Assembly: GCA_030141605.1 (NCBI GenBank) | Contig: JAQGDQ010000040.1 | Location: 620,001-684,000, forward strand | Reading direction: 5' to 3' | DNA: 64,000 nt | Source of the DNA: Tubiluchus corallicola | Lineage: Eukaryota; Animalia; Priapulida | In this document: piece by piece, positions 1-13,801 of the stretch | Layout: each line of letters begins with the position of its first letter | How positions within the stretch are numbered: the first letter of the stretch is position 1 | The notes under the pieces: model-generated | Told to the model about the DNA's origin: nothing | Databases searched by the model: none | The model's input: only the letters and a program-made list of their open reading frames with translations | Made by a program: the position numbers and the translations under genes

Positions 1-791
1 GCTGTAGAATGCTTCAGCTATGTAAAAATTAACTTTCCTACATTCCACACTTTCTTCCTGACAGCTGGTATTTCTGGTTTTTCATCAGGCTGCAAATGTC
101 ACAAGAATTTCACACCACAGTCGTAATCATGCGTCTGTTTCAGAACAAACACATATAAGTTAATAGGAATAAATAAAAGTTTATTGTTTGTTGTTATATA
201 GGTGTCTTGTTTCAGAACATTATGGAAAAATGTTTGTAAATTTTGTTTTCATTGCTTTGTATTATTACATTAAGATTTGTTGCACTGTTCAGCAAAATGG
301 TAGCACGTCTGGTGTAAGATTACACGCTCAGGTGCTGATAAATAAATGAATTATTCCTGTGTACGTCTTATTTGTCCTTCAAAATAGTTTACTTTCAATA
401 CACATTAAATTGCACCAATCAGTTTCTACCTGTTCGGTAACTAAGGGAAGCGATCATACACGTACTCAAGCACGCAGGCGTGTGCATGCCCCCAAACACA
501 CAAACCTAATTAGTAAAATCATGTGATTGCCTCGACTAGCAATTTCTCTTCAAATACAGGAAACATTTAATGGCATTTTTTGTATAAAGTCACTGGTATT
601 AAACTTGATCAAACCTAGTTATAGACAAGAAGATAATACAGATCTGGCAAAATTTCTAGCTATGAAAAATTTCATTGCGACTAACCTAAAAGGGGATTTG
701 ATAGAAAATAGAAACATTGCTGAAAATGGAAGGATTTTACATAAAATATACAAAATGCACCAAAAATTAGTTTTGTTTTGGTGACACAAAC

Positions 792-1436
792 CTGTTTAAA
801 CTTCTGATTTTCTTCTTCCAAATCATTAATTTTACTTTGTAGTTTGCGACACTCACCTAGCAAAAAATCACTGCTACAACTTAATTACTTCATGATATTA
901 CCAGTAGCAAAATGTGTTTTTATACTTTAAACATTGACTACACATTGTGCAACACAGTAGACACACGCGGCACACAGATAATGCCGAAAAAGCCTACAAT
1001 TATGCCTACAAATTGAATAATGAGAACAAGAAATATTGTGCAAGCAAACTTTGCGTGTTTTGAAAGCAAGCAAAACTTGTTCAAATAATATTTACCTTCA
1101 AAATCTTGTGATTTGCTGATACAGCTTTGCAAGTTTTCAATTTGCGTTCTGTAAGATGTGATTTCTGAAATAACAATTACATGCTTATTACCTTTAGCAG
1201 GCGCCAGTGCAAATGATAACTTATTGTGAAATTATGGTCGCCAAATATACAAACCACAATAAACTATAAGAGATTGCATATTAAGCCTGTATAATAAAAT
1301 TATGTCTTTTAACACAAAGTATGGTTTTACCTTCGCGGGCTGCCTTTTCGCTTTCTGTGAAGTACTTCAATTTCTCTTCTAGGTTATTAATAGTCTTCTT
1401 TAACTGACTGTTAGAAAAACTAATTTCCAAACTAGC
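792..1436 (-). pseudogene. Three phase-compatible coiled-coil exons of a partial, probably decayed gene
   Basis: Exons 1331-1436, 1096-1164 and 792-856 are bounded by AG/GT (phases 0-1, 1-1, 1-0). They join to ASLEISFSNSQLKKTINNLEEKLKYFTESEKAAREEITSYRTQIENLQSCISKSQDFEGECRKLQSKINDLEEENQKFKQ. Neighbouring coding-like stretches (1-135, about 2030-2200) contain in-frame stops. Confidence 0.5.
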
Positions 1437-3242
1437 CTAAAAATAATTAATCAAATAATTAATTAAATTTTTTGCAACAAAAATAGCCAAATAAAGCTGG
1501 AGCTATAGCAACAAACTATAAAAATAGAAAAGTGGACCTATAGTGCGAAACTACAGGAATGGCAAATTTTCAAAATAAACTTTTATAATTTTTGTGTTCG
1601 TTTATAAAATGAACAAAGCGGACAACAGTGTAAATTTGGTTTTTAACATTTTATTTCAACAATATCTAGTGTATCAGAAAAACAATAAGTGCCAATGCTG
1701 CAACTCAGGTAGCCTTATTATAATCATAAGTTTTGTAAATTGTTTGTTCATTGAATAAACCTCATTTGAAAAAACGACGTAGAATGTGTTATTTAGTTGT
1801 TTATGCTAGCTACCAAATGCTTATAATATATGATTAACAAAATTTGTAATCCTCCTTGTCTAACTATCTCTTAGGAAAAGCATGAAATATTTGCAGCAGT
1901 GCTTTTACATGCACTAAATACGTAACTTATAATTTTTTCCTGATTTAATTATGCGATGGTAACCACGAAAGTAAAACTTCAAATATTCCAAAAGCTTTTA
2001 GGTAAAAAGGCAATGAGCGTGGTTTATGCTGCCCATATATGATCAATGTTGGAAGAGTTATTGATGAAAGAAGAACATGTAAGGTGTGAAGAAAGGCCAC
2101 AAAGGGAAGGATCAGATTGAGGGTTTATCAAAAGAAATGTTGTGCAGGATGGAGGTTAGCACTCTTCAGCGATATTTTTGTTCGCAGAAGTAAAAAATGT
2201 ACCTCTAATAAAATGGAGCCAAGAAATATTGTATCAGAGGAACCACCAATCTAAACAAAACAAGCTTGAAATAGTAGCCAATGTGGAAAACATTAATCAT
2301 TTACCGGGAAACAGGACTATAAGTGTAAAATGTTCCTTTCCTTGACTCAGTTCCTGGTAAATTATTTTTAAGTGAAGCATTATATTTTGGCACCATATTT
2401 TTCTCTATTTTGTTTTCTCATAGTGTTTTTAAAAACTAGCCTTCTTATTCACATATCTATTACGATTAAAAATTTATCATGCTTATGATCACAATGTTTG
2501 CGGCATCGCTCATAACAAAATGCATTACAGTAATTATTTTACCTATCCCCAGAAGTGCTGATACTCGATAATTCCGTGCAAGATAATTCTGTGCCGTATT
2601 CTCAAGTTTATTTTAGTTATTTTTCAGTTTTTTCGCACGCATGGTAAATCTTTGCTAAACGTTACTACTGATTATTTGCTGGTGTTAAGACGTCATCACT
2701 CTTTTCCTGGCTGTTTAACAAGTGTTTATAGATGGTAAAAAGGAATTTTTTTAAAGTGATTTGTCAGTAACTTGTCAGTAAAGATTGAATTGACTTTTAA
2801 GCTAATGACTAATCAAATGCACAACTCATAGGCTATTTTCTCTGATGGCACTAGTTTCTTATTATATCAGTCGAAACAGACCGCCTTTTCCTTGCTTTTT
2901 GGTCATGTAAATTGACACTTGACATATGAAAGAAGTTCAGAAAACTGCCTTACAAACTTTATGGCTCATGTTTTGTTCTAAGAGAAAAAATAAAAAATCT
3001 TCAATTAGTGATTCTAATGACATTGATTTTATTTTCTCCAGCCAATTTATCGGGTTCAGATTTTGTCACAACTTAACATATGCACCGGGCATGTATATAA
3101 TACTCTTACTTCAAAACTTTAGTTCAGGCTGTCTACAGAAGTATGAGGAGGCTTACAACTTAAAAGCTGTATAAACAGCCTTGGACTTGCAACCAAACTC
3201 GAGTAACCTATATTTAGTACCAAATGGCAGATATATTAAGAT

Positions 3243-4265
3243 AATAGTAATAGTAATAGTAATAGTAATTTATTTTCCTCCATAAATACACAATGATTTG
3301 ATAATAAAATACACAAAAATACAAACGAACATAGGAGAAAGGGTGGCGAAAAACCAAAGGTTATCGAGTCAACCACCCTTCTCAAAGGACAGTAAACAAA
3401 AGGACGCTAATGACAGTAGACATAACTATAATAAAAAATACATAAACGTGCAGAAATACAAAAACAAAAATACAACAGCAAAAAAACAAAAACCAAAACC
3501 ATGACAAATTTGCGAACTACTAAGCAACTCATAGAAAGTGAGTTTGCACCTTATAAAAAATGTTTTTCAGCGAAAGTTACCACAAGAATGTACATCTAAT
3601 AGACAAAAAACTGATTTATTTGTAAGTTTCAAGAAGTGCCTTAGCGTACTGTTTATTTAGCGAATGCAGAGGTAAAGAAGTTAAATGACCAGGTACGGAG
3701 TTCCATAATACTGATCCCTGATATTTTAACGACCTTTGACCCTTAGATGTATTAAATCGTTCGATGAAGAAAGTGTTGTAATTGTGGATATCAGATGCTG
3801 GCGTATAGTAATTTAGAAACAATTCTGGTAGTAAGTTATTCTTAAATTTGTATACAAATTTTGCAAGCTCGAGTTTGTAGATATCATTCAGTTTTAAGAG
3901 GCCCAATTTAATGTAGGATGGCGTTGCATGTTCCCGTCTACCAGAAAATGTCATCAGCTAAACTATAATGTTTTGATGAGTTTGTATTGGTTTTAAAGTA
4001 TTTGAAGATGCAGTGCCCCAGGCAAGAATCCCATAGTGAAGATAAGAATAAACCAAAGCATGGTATATTAGTTTTAGTACATCTGTATTTACGTAGTGTC
4101 TTATCCTCGCAATTATGCCCTTGATTTTGCTAATTTTGTAGGTTATGTGTTTTATTTGTGTAGACCATGTTAAGTTATCATCAATGAACATACCGAGGTA
4201 TTTAATTTCTTTAGACCTAGTTAATATTTGATTATTCATTGAAATCTGGAAATTTTCATATGCGT
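3243..4265 (-). mobile_element. 5'-truncated LINE (CR1/L2-like) 3' end
   Basis: ORFs 3958-4239 (IKYLGMFIDDNLTWSTQI...YGILAWG) and 3616-3954 resemble the LINE ORF2 region after the RT domain. The element ends in AATAAA plus an (ATTACT)n tail at about 3243-3273. Confidence 0.85.
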
Positions 4266-4818
4266 CTGTTTTGCAAGGTAATCGATGATAAGGTTAATTA
4301 CAACTGGGGGATTCAGTCAACTTTAGATCAACCATACCACTGTAAGGAAGTAGAAAACTTTTGCAAAACTAAAGCTTGAAATTCAACTTAAAGTTAAAGG
4401 GAATACCTGAAAAACAACGTTTAGTTTTTTGCAGGTTATACTCAGTATGGTGAGTAACCAAAACTGGGTGTAGCATAACAGTCGATACTGTTAGTCAATC
4501 GTTAAGTAAACGAAAGTAATTCAGTTAAAACAAAAACTACATAAAAAGTTTGAAAATTTTTAGTGAAATCAATACCCATTCCCATTTCTTATATTCTTGC
4601 AAGAAGTCTTCTAAATCCAGTTTGTTCGTTTGTTCCTCCAGTGACATAACTAGCTGTCATTCAGCTACAGTCCCAGTGTCTCATGATTGTCTTTAGCTTT
4701 TGGTTTTAAAAATTATCTCTGGCAACCATTTGAATTATTTGAATAACTCTGAACACATCTACAGAATCCAGGCCCTGTGCTTTGGTAACCACCTTTCGTC
4801 TGCTAAATCTTTTGCAGT

Positions 4819-6398
4819 CAGGGTTGCCAGCTTGCTACAGCTAAAATAGTCCAACTTTCTCATTAAAAACGCCAGATGAGGCCAAACCTTTGTTTATCCC
4901 CATGTTTTCGTAAAAAAGAGTTAAAATATATGCAAAATGATATCTTTAATATAAAAAGAAGTTATCTGAGCTACAGTAGTGTAATTACCGTTCTTATGCC
5001 CGTAGCAAAAAGTTTTTCAAGAATATCTCTATTAATTTTTTTCTTTCTTTATTAAAACACCATGAAAATATTTTTTTACTTGAAAGTTTGTTTCCTTCAG
5101 GCGAATCACAGGCAATCACATCTATGCACGTATATTTAAATTAGACTTTTAATTATATAGCAGATTATTATAGGTATTAAAATCACGTATAGGGCCAGGC
5201 TAGCTCGTAAACAACCCAACCAAAGCTTTAAGACCTCACTATCACTATGACAATGTGAAATAGCATGGGATTTTTTAAAATTGTATCCAGAGAATAAAAC
5301 ATCAACAAAATTCGTCGATGATTATTCCTGACCAAACAATTTTCAAATAACTACAAATTACAGATTTACCTTTAAAAATTTATTAACTCAATTTTCTTTC
5401 TCTCAATATGTACAGCTAAAGCTAACAATGCAACTTGTAATGAACTACCAAGGCCCAAACTACAAGTTTTAAGCTGTAACATAACTACAATTTATAGAAA
5501 ATACTGAACATTAAACTACAAGTTTTATAATGTATTCCATCGTGCGTTAAATTTCGTTTCCATTCTCATCATCATAAATAATCAAAATCTCATTTCACCT
5601 GTAGTAGGCATTGAGGTATCAACATTTATCAGAGCATTCCACAATCTCCTGTCTGCAGCTAACAGCATAAGTTCTTCTCCTAAAGATAGACTTGGTTGAA
5701 GTTGTTGAACATCTTTTTTTATCTTAGCTATCCAAGTTGTTGTAGATTTACCAAATTACCAGGTGTTTTTTTGCAAGGATTTAAGGCTTCCTTTAAGGCA
5801 ATTCTTAATGGTGCTTCATTTGGTAATCTTAGAAGATGTCCTAGCATCTTAATCTTCGGATCTTGACTTTTGAAATCCAAAAAATTCTTTTGTTCTGGGT
5901 ATAAATCTTCATTTTTCATTACGTATGGCCATCTGATCTTTAAAACTTTCGTAAGGAAACTTCTATGAAATGTGTCAATCTCCTTTTCTTGAACAATTGT
6001 TAAACCCCAAGTTTCACGGTTGTACATAAATATGCTGGTAACGTAAGCATTAAATAATCGAAGTCTTACGTTAAGACTTAATTTTTTGCTAGTTAATAGA
6101 TTCTTGCACTGAAGAAAAGCATGCATTGCTTTTTATTTCCTGCTTTTAATGTCATCTTCGGTGCTCAGAAAAGTGCCCATGTACTTGCACTTTTTCCAAG
6201 ACTGATTGCCATCTCTTGCAATAACATATTCTAATTCTCATTCACCATTATTATTATTATTATTTTCAAAGTAATCTGTCAATTCATAAATATTTTAAAA
6301 CATAGGTGTATCAGAAAAAAGGCCAGAAGTCCAAACCCAAAATTCGTAATCCAAACGCAGTCAAAAAGGCGAAATTTAATTTGTAGACGGTAACCCTA
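4819..6398. mobile_element. hAT-like non-autonomous DNA element with a nested LINE
   Basis: Imperfect terminal inverted repeats CAGGGTTGCCA (4819) and CGGTAACCCTA (6388-6398), with subterminal AGGCCA(A/G)A-type motifs at both ends. TSD is degenerate. Confidence 0.45.
5600..6230 (-). mobile_element. RTE-like LINE fragment
   Basis: ORF 5728-6126, LRLFNAYVTSIFMYNRETWGLT...IDTFHRSFLTKVLKIRWP, resembles the RTE ORF2 C-terminal region. Frameshifted. Ends approximate. Confidence 0.8.
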
Positions 6399-6409
6399 AT
6401 TGCGATGTA

Positions 6410-6678
6410 CGGGTCACGTGATTGGCTACAGGCGGAGCTGAAGCACCATCTGTAGAGTGAGATTCAACATACAATTGGCCTTGAGACTTCATTACGTAAG
6501 ACATCCGTGTGAAGTGCTGAGTGAACTGCTTGAACGGTGGCTCTTCATTGTTATTTTGATTTATGGATAGCCGATAAATATCTGTTTTTTGAGAAAATAT
6601 TTACAAGGAATATAAAGTGTAATTTGTGTATTAGTGAATGACAATCTGTTGGACAGAATTTTGAAAACACGCCACAAT
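6410..6678 (+). promoter_or_regulatory. Putative promoter and non-coding first exon of the bHLH-PAS gene
   Basis: Locally CpG-rich. GTCACGTGA E-box overlaps ATTGG (inverted CCAAT) at 6413-6425, a second ATTGG lies near 6474, and a consensus donor AAT|GTAAGT is at 6679. Confidence 0.5.
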
Positions 6679-8950
6679 GTAAGTCAAGTTGGAGCGTTGT
6701 ACGCTGTTAATTTTTTACTAAATATTAAGACCTACTATCATAACGTCGCAACCTTCAGTGAAAAAAACTTTGCACTGTTCTTTGAAAAGGTCACAATCTA
6801 AAAATTTTGTATGGTAATCTGAGTAATCTCAACACATCACAATGCATGCCTTGTTTTCCTGTGCTAAAACCTGGAAATCCGAAAAGCTGTTGCGTATATG
6901 AACTTGATGCAATAAAGCCCGATTCATGACAAGCTAAACGGTTATACGAGCCTAACCTCAAAGCTGTGACCTTTTATTTTTCGGGACACAAATCTGTGTC
7001 CAAAAAGCAGTAAGCTAGATTCTGCTAGGACTCGAATGAGTAATACGGTGCGGATCTGTTTTAGGATAATAGTACCGTTACTACTCTAAGTTGGAATGTT
7101 ATACTTAGTAACAATTTGTTAGATTGGTTCTGAACTGCGTAAGCAGCTGTGTAACAGAAAAACAACACTTGGAAATGTGTTTGTGCACTTAGTGCATTAT
7201 GATTTCTTTCTTAGCTGCAATTTAGTTGCTGCATTGAAATTATAACCTTGTCTAATTGTCATTGCAGTCTGTCAAAAAACTGGATATAAGAGAGGGTTGG
7301 AGCATTGTCACTATATCTGCCCCCCCCTTTGCAATGTGTCTTTTCATTTATTGCATTTTATATTGAAAAAACATAAAACACAATTTTAAATGACCACATT
7401 TACCTGGCACATTTACTCCGTATTAGATTCTGTAAAGTTTGATGGTCTTGATTAGTTCAGAACAAAATTTTTAAAAATGCTTCAACAAGCTTTCACCTGT
7501 TGCTTTTGGAAATGAATTTTCAATTTTTCAGTTCACAAAAATTGACTCACAGTCCAGGGCCCAAAGAAACTTGTGAGATCGATGTATGTGAAAAAGATGA
7601 GTCAGTGTTTCAAAATTTTCTGATGAAAAAACTGAGCGAGACACTAGCCAAGAGGATGCAGCAAAAATTATAGAAATTTTGATTTCTTCTGAAGACCTAC
7701 AACTTACAATGTTGTCCCAAATTCAGTTTTAAAAAGTAATTTACTACACTTAATTAGTGCGCTACATAAGCTGAACACACAAGAACCATTATAATTTATT
7801 ATATACTATGATAATTCAGTTTTGTCGGTGGGATGCATGGGTGATAGCGGGAAGAGGTTGATCATTGAAGTGGCGCTAAAATAGCTTTTGCCTAGGGCGT
7901 CCAACTACCTAGGGCCGGCCCTGCTCACAATGCTGTAAAACAAAAAACCACACCGTACACAGTCAGCAAGTGCATTATTTTGTAAAATGAAATCATTTCT
8001 TAAATGTAGTTACGGAAACATTCAGTACGCATAGCACTAGTGAAGCCTTGCAGCATTGTTAGGCTGTGGAATGAAGAAAATGGCTGACATGGAATAATCA
8101 ACTGAGAAATTTGTGATTTTCTGAAATTAATTGCATGTTGTATTATAGTTAAAAATTTTAATTTTAATGTTAAAATAACTTTGGTGCAATTATAGTACTC
8201 AAAAAACGTAAGTGCATGTCAAGGTTTGTCTCTGATTTTTTGTGGAACAGGAGGTATAAAAACTGGACCGTTCAGTCAGAAACCAGACATCTGACAACTC
8301 GTAAGTTACACCATGCTCTTAGTCAACATGGCAACATCTTAAATCCCCTGTGCCTGGCAATATCGAAACGGGGGAAAATGGCCCTAGGAATGTTATAATC
8401 ACGTAGGAATAAGGGTCCCAACCCAGTGTACCCATACAGGGCCCATTCTTAGCATGGTTGAGCTAATTCACAGGCTGATGGAGATAACTCGGACTTGTAA
8501 AGTTTTGCGTGGATCTCGTTCTACCTGAATCAGAAGTTTTAATAATAAAAATTATTCATATGTGCCCAAACTAACATAGCAGTGGTGACATGACACTAAA
8601 ATTTTGATGGTATTACTTTCATCATTATAATCAGAATTACTTATAACTTAACCAATAACCAAAAAAATAGGAACTAATTTATCCCAGGGACTTCCTGTAA
8701 AATATAAGCCAAGGATCGAGTTATTTTTATCACAGATGGCTATACAGTTATTTGCAGCTGTGAGGCAACAGTTGGTGCATATTGCAGGTCATCTGTTATA
8801 AAAAGTTACTATCCTCATCATACATAATATGTTTCACCCCTGCCAAGTTGTAGGAAATTGAGCATATTTTACATATAATTATGTTGCAGTTGGGTAAAGT
8901 TAAAATTAAGAATTTTACTACGCAGTTTAGATGGTCACTCATTATGTGAT

Positions 8951-9004
8951 AATGAACATAATTGCCCTGATTCATCAAATGAACATAATTGCCCTGATTC
9001 ATCA
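8951..9004. repeat. 27-bp tandem duplication
   Basis: AATGAACATAATTGCCCTGATTCATCA twice, exact. Confidence 0.9.
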
Positions 9005-9490
9005 GTAATAGGAAAATGCTATACTTAGACAATTTGTCATTGTACAAATTAAGGCACAGTAGTATTAATAAATTAACATGCTTTCTACTGCTTTAAACAT
9101 GATTTTTGGTTAAAATGACTCAACTTAATATTAATTTTCTAGATAGTTTTAAGAAAATGGCAAACTCAGTATGGCAGAATTAGTGGTCATTAATTTGACA
9201 AAATGCAAAGTGAAAATTTCTACTTTTTCTTTTAGGTACTAGATCAGTATTTAAAACAAATGCATACAATCAAATACAAGTTTTAAAATCATTTTTTTAA
9301 ATTTTTAAATTCAAATTCAGTTTATTTCACCAGCAAACTACAATAATACAAATGCACATGTATTATTGACAAACAAATGTATTTTAAAATACATAAGTTA
9401 GTATTGGTGCAATTAAACAAGTTGCCTATGTTTTCCATATTTCATGTGTGTGTGCGCATGCTTTCGTGCATGCGTGTGTACATATCTATA

Positions 9491-9525
<35 letters not shown>

Positions 9526-9526
9526 G

Positions 9527-9664
9527 AAAAATATTTGAAATATAGCCGAAACGCATTTTTAGGAAATAAGTTTATAGAAAAATTGACTGATATATATATA
9601 TCAGTCAATTTTTCTATAAACTTATTTCCTAAAAATGCGTTTCGGCTATATTTCAAATATTTTT
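9527..9664. repeat. Perfect 138-bp palindrome centred on (TA)5, next to (TA)n microsatellites
   Basis: Checked in 10-nt blocks: 9527-9595 is the exact reverse complement of 9596-9664. (TA)n runs lie at about 9493-9523 and 9794-9811. Confidence 0.95.
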
Positions 9665-12600
9665 GCCGTCAGTTCAACATTTTACAAGAGAATTTATTGA
9701 TAAATGTATGTGGAGCTGTATAAATTTGTCAGTGAAACAATGTTTTTTATACTGTATAAAGATATTTATTTATCAACAGCATTAACAATGACGTATATAT
9801 ATATATATATACATTCAAACTGTTCAAAGTTTCTGATGTTTGTTTTGAATGTAAATTTCGTCATTAGCATATTATTCAGATTGGTTGTATTTTGCTTTTA
9901 TAAAGTTTTATATTAATGTGGAGATACCTAGGTACTTAGTTGCAGTGTTAACTCCCATTTTTAGTGACATGACGTTGGGTGCATTTTCTTCAGTTTAATG
10001 TATATTTTGTCCAGCAAACTTCTTTTTAATTTATCTTTTGATGTTCATTGAGTAAGAAAAAAATTTTTTGTTTTGTTTCACTCCAGATTGTGCAACAATT
10101 TTTGTTAATATTTTAAGCAATAACAAATCATAAACTAAGTATGTCTCTACGTAATTATTACTGTGGTACTCTTAGCTAAATATAGCTACTTAGATCTAAT
10201 GCATTGGTACTTAAAATAGTATACTCATTCATATGTCACGTTAAATTAAACACGATATTGTTTATCGTGACTGTCAGATTGTATTCTTCTGAAACCATGG
10301 TAACTTGATGACGTTAGAGGAAACCTAAGGTATTTATCCCACCAATCTATATTTCTCGTTAATTATATCTTGGACAGCAACATCATTAGTGATGTCAGTG
10401 AGTTATGCAGTGTTTGTCACGAGTTAATATGCGACCATCGTAATCGCATTTATGCTACTGGTTGATAATCTATGTATTTATGTAGAATTATTATTGGTCT
10501 TCATGACATAAATTTGTGGTTACCTCAAGAGACAGCAGTTTTGTTGGATAAATTTGCTTTGTAGCTGCAACTGGTGGTACTGATGAGTAGTGACTACGGT
10601 AGTGTTAAATTATTCAAATGCTAGTATTGCATTAATTAAGCTTCGTGCACGTACTTTCGTTAAATAAGTATGAGAACCACTGGGACACTATGTTGCGTGC
10701 ACAGTGCACACACGCCACATGTACGCAACTATTCATAGCTGTATGCACATATAATTATAGTACATATAGATATTACAATTGTACACATTGTGTGTGTGTG
10801 CGTGCGTGCGTGCCGGTAGTTCTTATTAGCTACAGTAGATTTGAACAGAGCACTGATAATCTTCAGTGGAGTTGAATTGTAATTTAGAATACAGGCTTTT
10901 GTATGCCGTAAGTCGGCGTGGACTGTGGATGTCTTATCGATTCTTGTTTTTAGGCATTTTCGGTAAGACAAATATTGTTAGGCTACTTAACAAGTGTTTA
11001 TTCTGTTCTTTTCTAACAAGTGACAAAGTTAGCCCATAGGACTTCATTAACATTTTGAAGGCAAACACCAGTGTCTTGTGTGGTCCTGCTTGTTGGATTT
11101 GCAATGAAAAGGTATCCAAACTCAGTTCCAACTTGTTCTCTTCTTTTTGACGCTTGAAGTGTGACTTCAAAAATTAATAATAGAAGATTTATTCTTGCAT
11201 TAATGGATAATATTGAAATTACAAATATAAATACATGTAATTAAAACTATTTTTGGCTACATATTGTCACCTAGTGTTACAGAAGTGTTAAGTAATTTGA
11301 CAGGATGAATCATTTGTGCACTCGTTAAAATAGGCACTTTCTGATATGTAGGAGAAGATTAATTGCCACGTAGCTTACAGAAAATTGCATAATTTTTATG
11401 CTCCCTCTGTGGTAAAACATTTTCAAGATGCCAGTCAGTCCTTTGTAAAGTTATCCTCTATTTACTTAACCCATTTTTAACTTCAACTCATTACATGTCA
11501 TGATCATTTTTTTCCATGTTTGTTTTATTTTGCTTTGAGCAGTTTTTCACTGATTACATGTACACAGTTCAGACATCTTAACTCGAATCTCTCAAATGAC
11601 TAGCGCTTTAGAGGTTTTTGATTTTTTGCTGATGCTAAACAGCTGTGTTGCGGTCCTATAAACATAAAACCCGTTACTATGGCTTTCATTACGTAATTTT
11701 TCCAAAAAATGTATGCAAAGTTTAATCCTTGAACATTGTTAATTTATTTTTACTCCTTACTGTAAATTTCTGACTTAAAACCTGTGATATTAAGGAATAA
11801 AATTGCAAAGCTATTGAATTGCTTCCACTAATGTATTATAGAAAGAAAATGAAAATTGTAAGATCATGTTTCATAGTAATGTAAATTTTCTAATAAGAGA
11901 AATTATTTAATAGATTATCAGAAAATAAGGTTCTGTCATCAAAAAAATCTGGCAAATAATCACGCTGCAAAATTATTGTTCTAAAATGAAACTAATATTT
12001 TCATTTGAGTTTAACGTGTGTGACTTATGGCTACTAATGGTCAGAGTAGTAGCTGTGTAACCGTTCTCACCCAGAATAATTTTGGAAATGCGTCTTCATC
12101 CCCAAAAAATGCATTGCATGTTTCATTGTAAGCTTATACACGAATATTGCTAATTAAACAAGTGCAGCGAGTGATAAATGTATTGATTTAGAGATCTAGT
12201 ATAATAATTATGTATTTAACATGTTGAACAACAATGATAATAGCATCAACACTGATGAATGATGGTGACATCAGCACCTACAGTGTGCTAATTTATGTGA
12301 TCACAAGGATAATTGTTTTTGAATGTACAATGAGATGTGATTTCTAATTTTGTATTGTTCAGCTATTATTTTAATTAACATTAAATTTTGCACATACTGT
12401 AAATGTATATCAAGCAACTACTGGCATGATAGATGCAGCACATAACTGCTATTACTGAAACATTCAGTATGTATTATAGTTTAATGACTCACTTTAGCTT
12501 GCTTAAAAGTCCCTATAAGTTACTTCACATATTCTATGCAATGACTAGTTATTGTACGGATTGCCTAGGAAAAGTTGTATTTAGTTTCAGGCAGAAACAT

Positions 12601-13332
12601 ATTCATTATATACTTTGTTAAAGCTACATTCCTAGCTAAAGCCTTGTTAGAGTTCGAAATGGTTCTGGTAAATAGAAATTTACTTTTTTCTAAAGACATA
12701 AATGTATTTTACAAGAATGCCTATGAGTTTTATGGAATATTTGCCAATGACATATATAGTATTACAGCATGTATAATCGTTGTCGTGATTTTTATGATGG
12801 TCTCAAAAGTCTAATACAACTAGATTTTAAACTCCTGTATAGCATACTAATTCATACATTCAGTTTTATGGTATGCATGTGGGACAGGTCAGGGTATGGA
12901 AGCAGTTGACTTGCAAACTAATAGTTTAATTATATATTCAGAATCGTGAGTTTTGGTCTAGTGCCTTTTGCAGTGTTGCACTGACTGGAATAGTTTGTTA
13001 GACGTCCTTTTGGTTTGGGCAATCATGTCTCTTTTTCTTCCTTGGGCTTGTGATACTGTATTTACATTAGAGTAAAGCCCTTGCTTCATAGAGGTCAGTT
13101 TGGATACTAAATTCAAGTTTTTGACTGCAACATGAGTTAGTGAAATCAAATTCTGTCCTTCGAGTCTTTTTCTTGCCCCTTTATGAGTGTATTTGTTCAA
13201 GGAAATGACGTTTTCTGTGACTTTTTGATATATTAGATTTACAAGTAATTTTCTTGCAGCAGGTCGGCAGTTTCTATTATAAGGATTCTAACAAAAACTG
13301 CTTACATTTTAAGGAAGTATCCTGCTAATAAA

Positions 13333-13454
13333 GTAGGCTTGCTGTAGTTGATGTGGTTAAATTTTGACCGAGTTATTCAACATATAGTTTATGTAGGCTT
13401 GCTGTAGCTGATGCAGTTAAATTTTGGCCAAGTTATTCAATATATAGTTTATGT
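13333..13454. repeat. 60-bp imperfect tandem duplication
   Basis: GTAGGCTTGCTGTAG(T/C)TGATG...GTTATTCAA(C/T)ATATAGTTTAT, two copies at a 60-nt period. Confidence 0.9.
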
Positions 13455-13801
13455 TCCTACAGTCTGGTGTATGTTTTTGGATAAGGTTAATAAGTGAACT
13501 TTATTTTTTATAAAGTTAAAAGGTAATTGATACTACCTAACACGTAGTATCTCATTAAGTTCAGCATACTACATTTTGCAAGTGAACAAAATAGATATAA
13601 TTTACGTAGTGCAGTGATTTTAACAAGAGAAACTAAATTTCTCAATAATCTAAGATTAACTGGGAGATTCAGTGTGAAAAAACACCATCTCTATATGGTA
13701 GTGTTTGGTATTAATATTATGTCTGCTTTTAATGCTATGATTTGTTGTACGTTTTACTCTTTTGTTGCAGGTAATGTTTGGAAACAGACTAGCATGAAAA
13801 T

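Noticed and set aside
8300-8550. SINE-like GC-richer segment with an AT-rich tail
   Set aside because: No clear A/B boxes, TSD or second copy in the window.
9448-9916. ORFs with IYIYIY runs
   Set aside because: Translations of (TA)n and the palindrome, not proteins.
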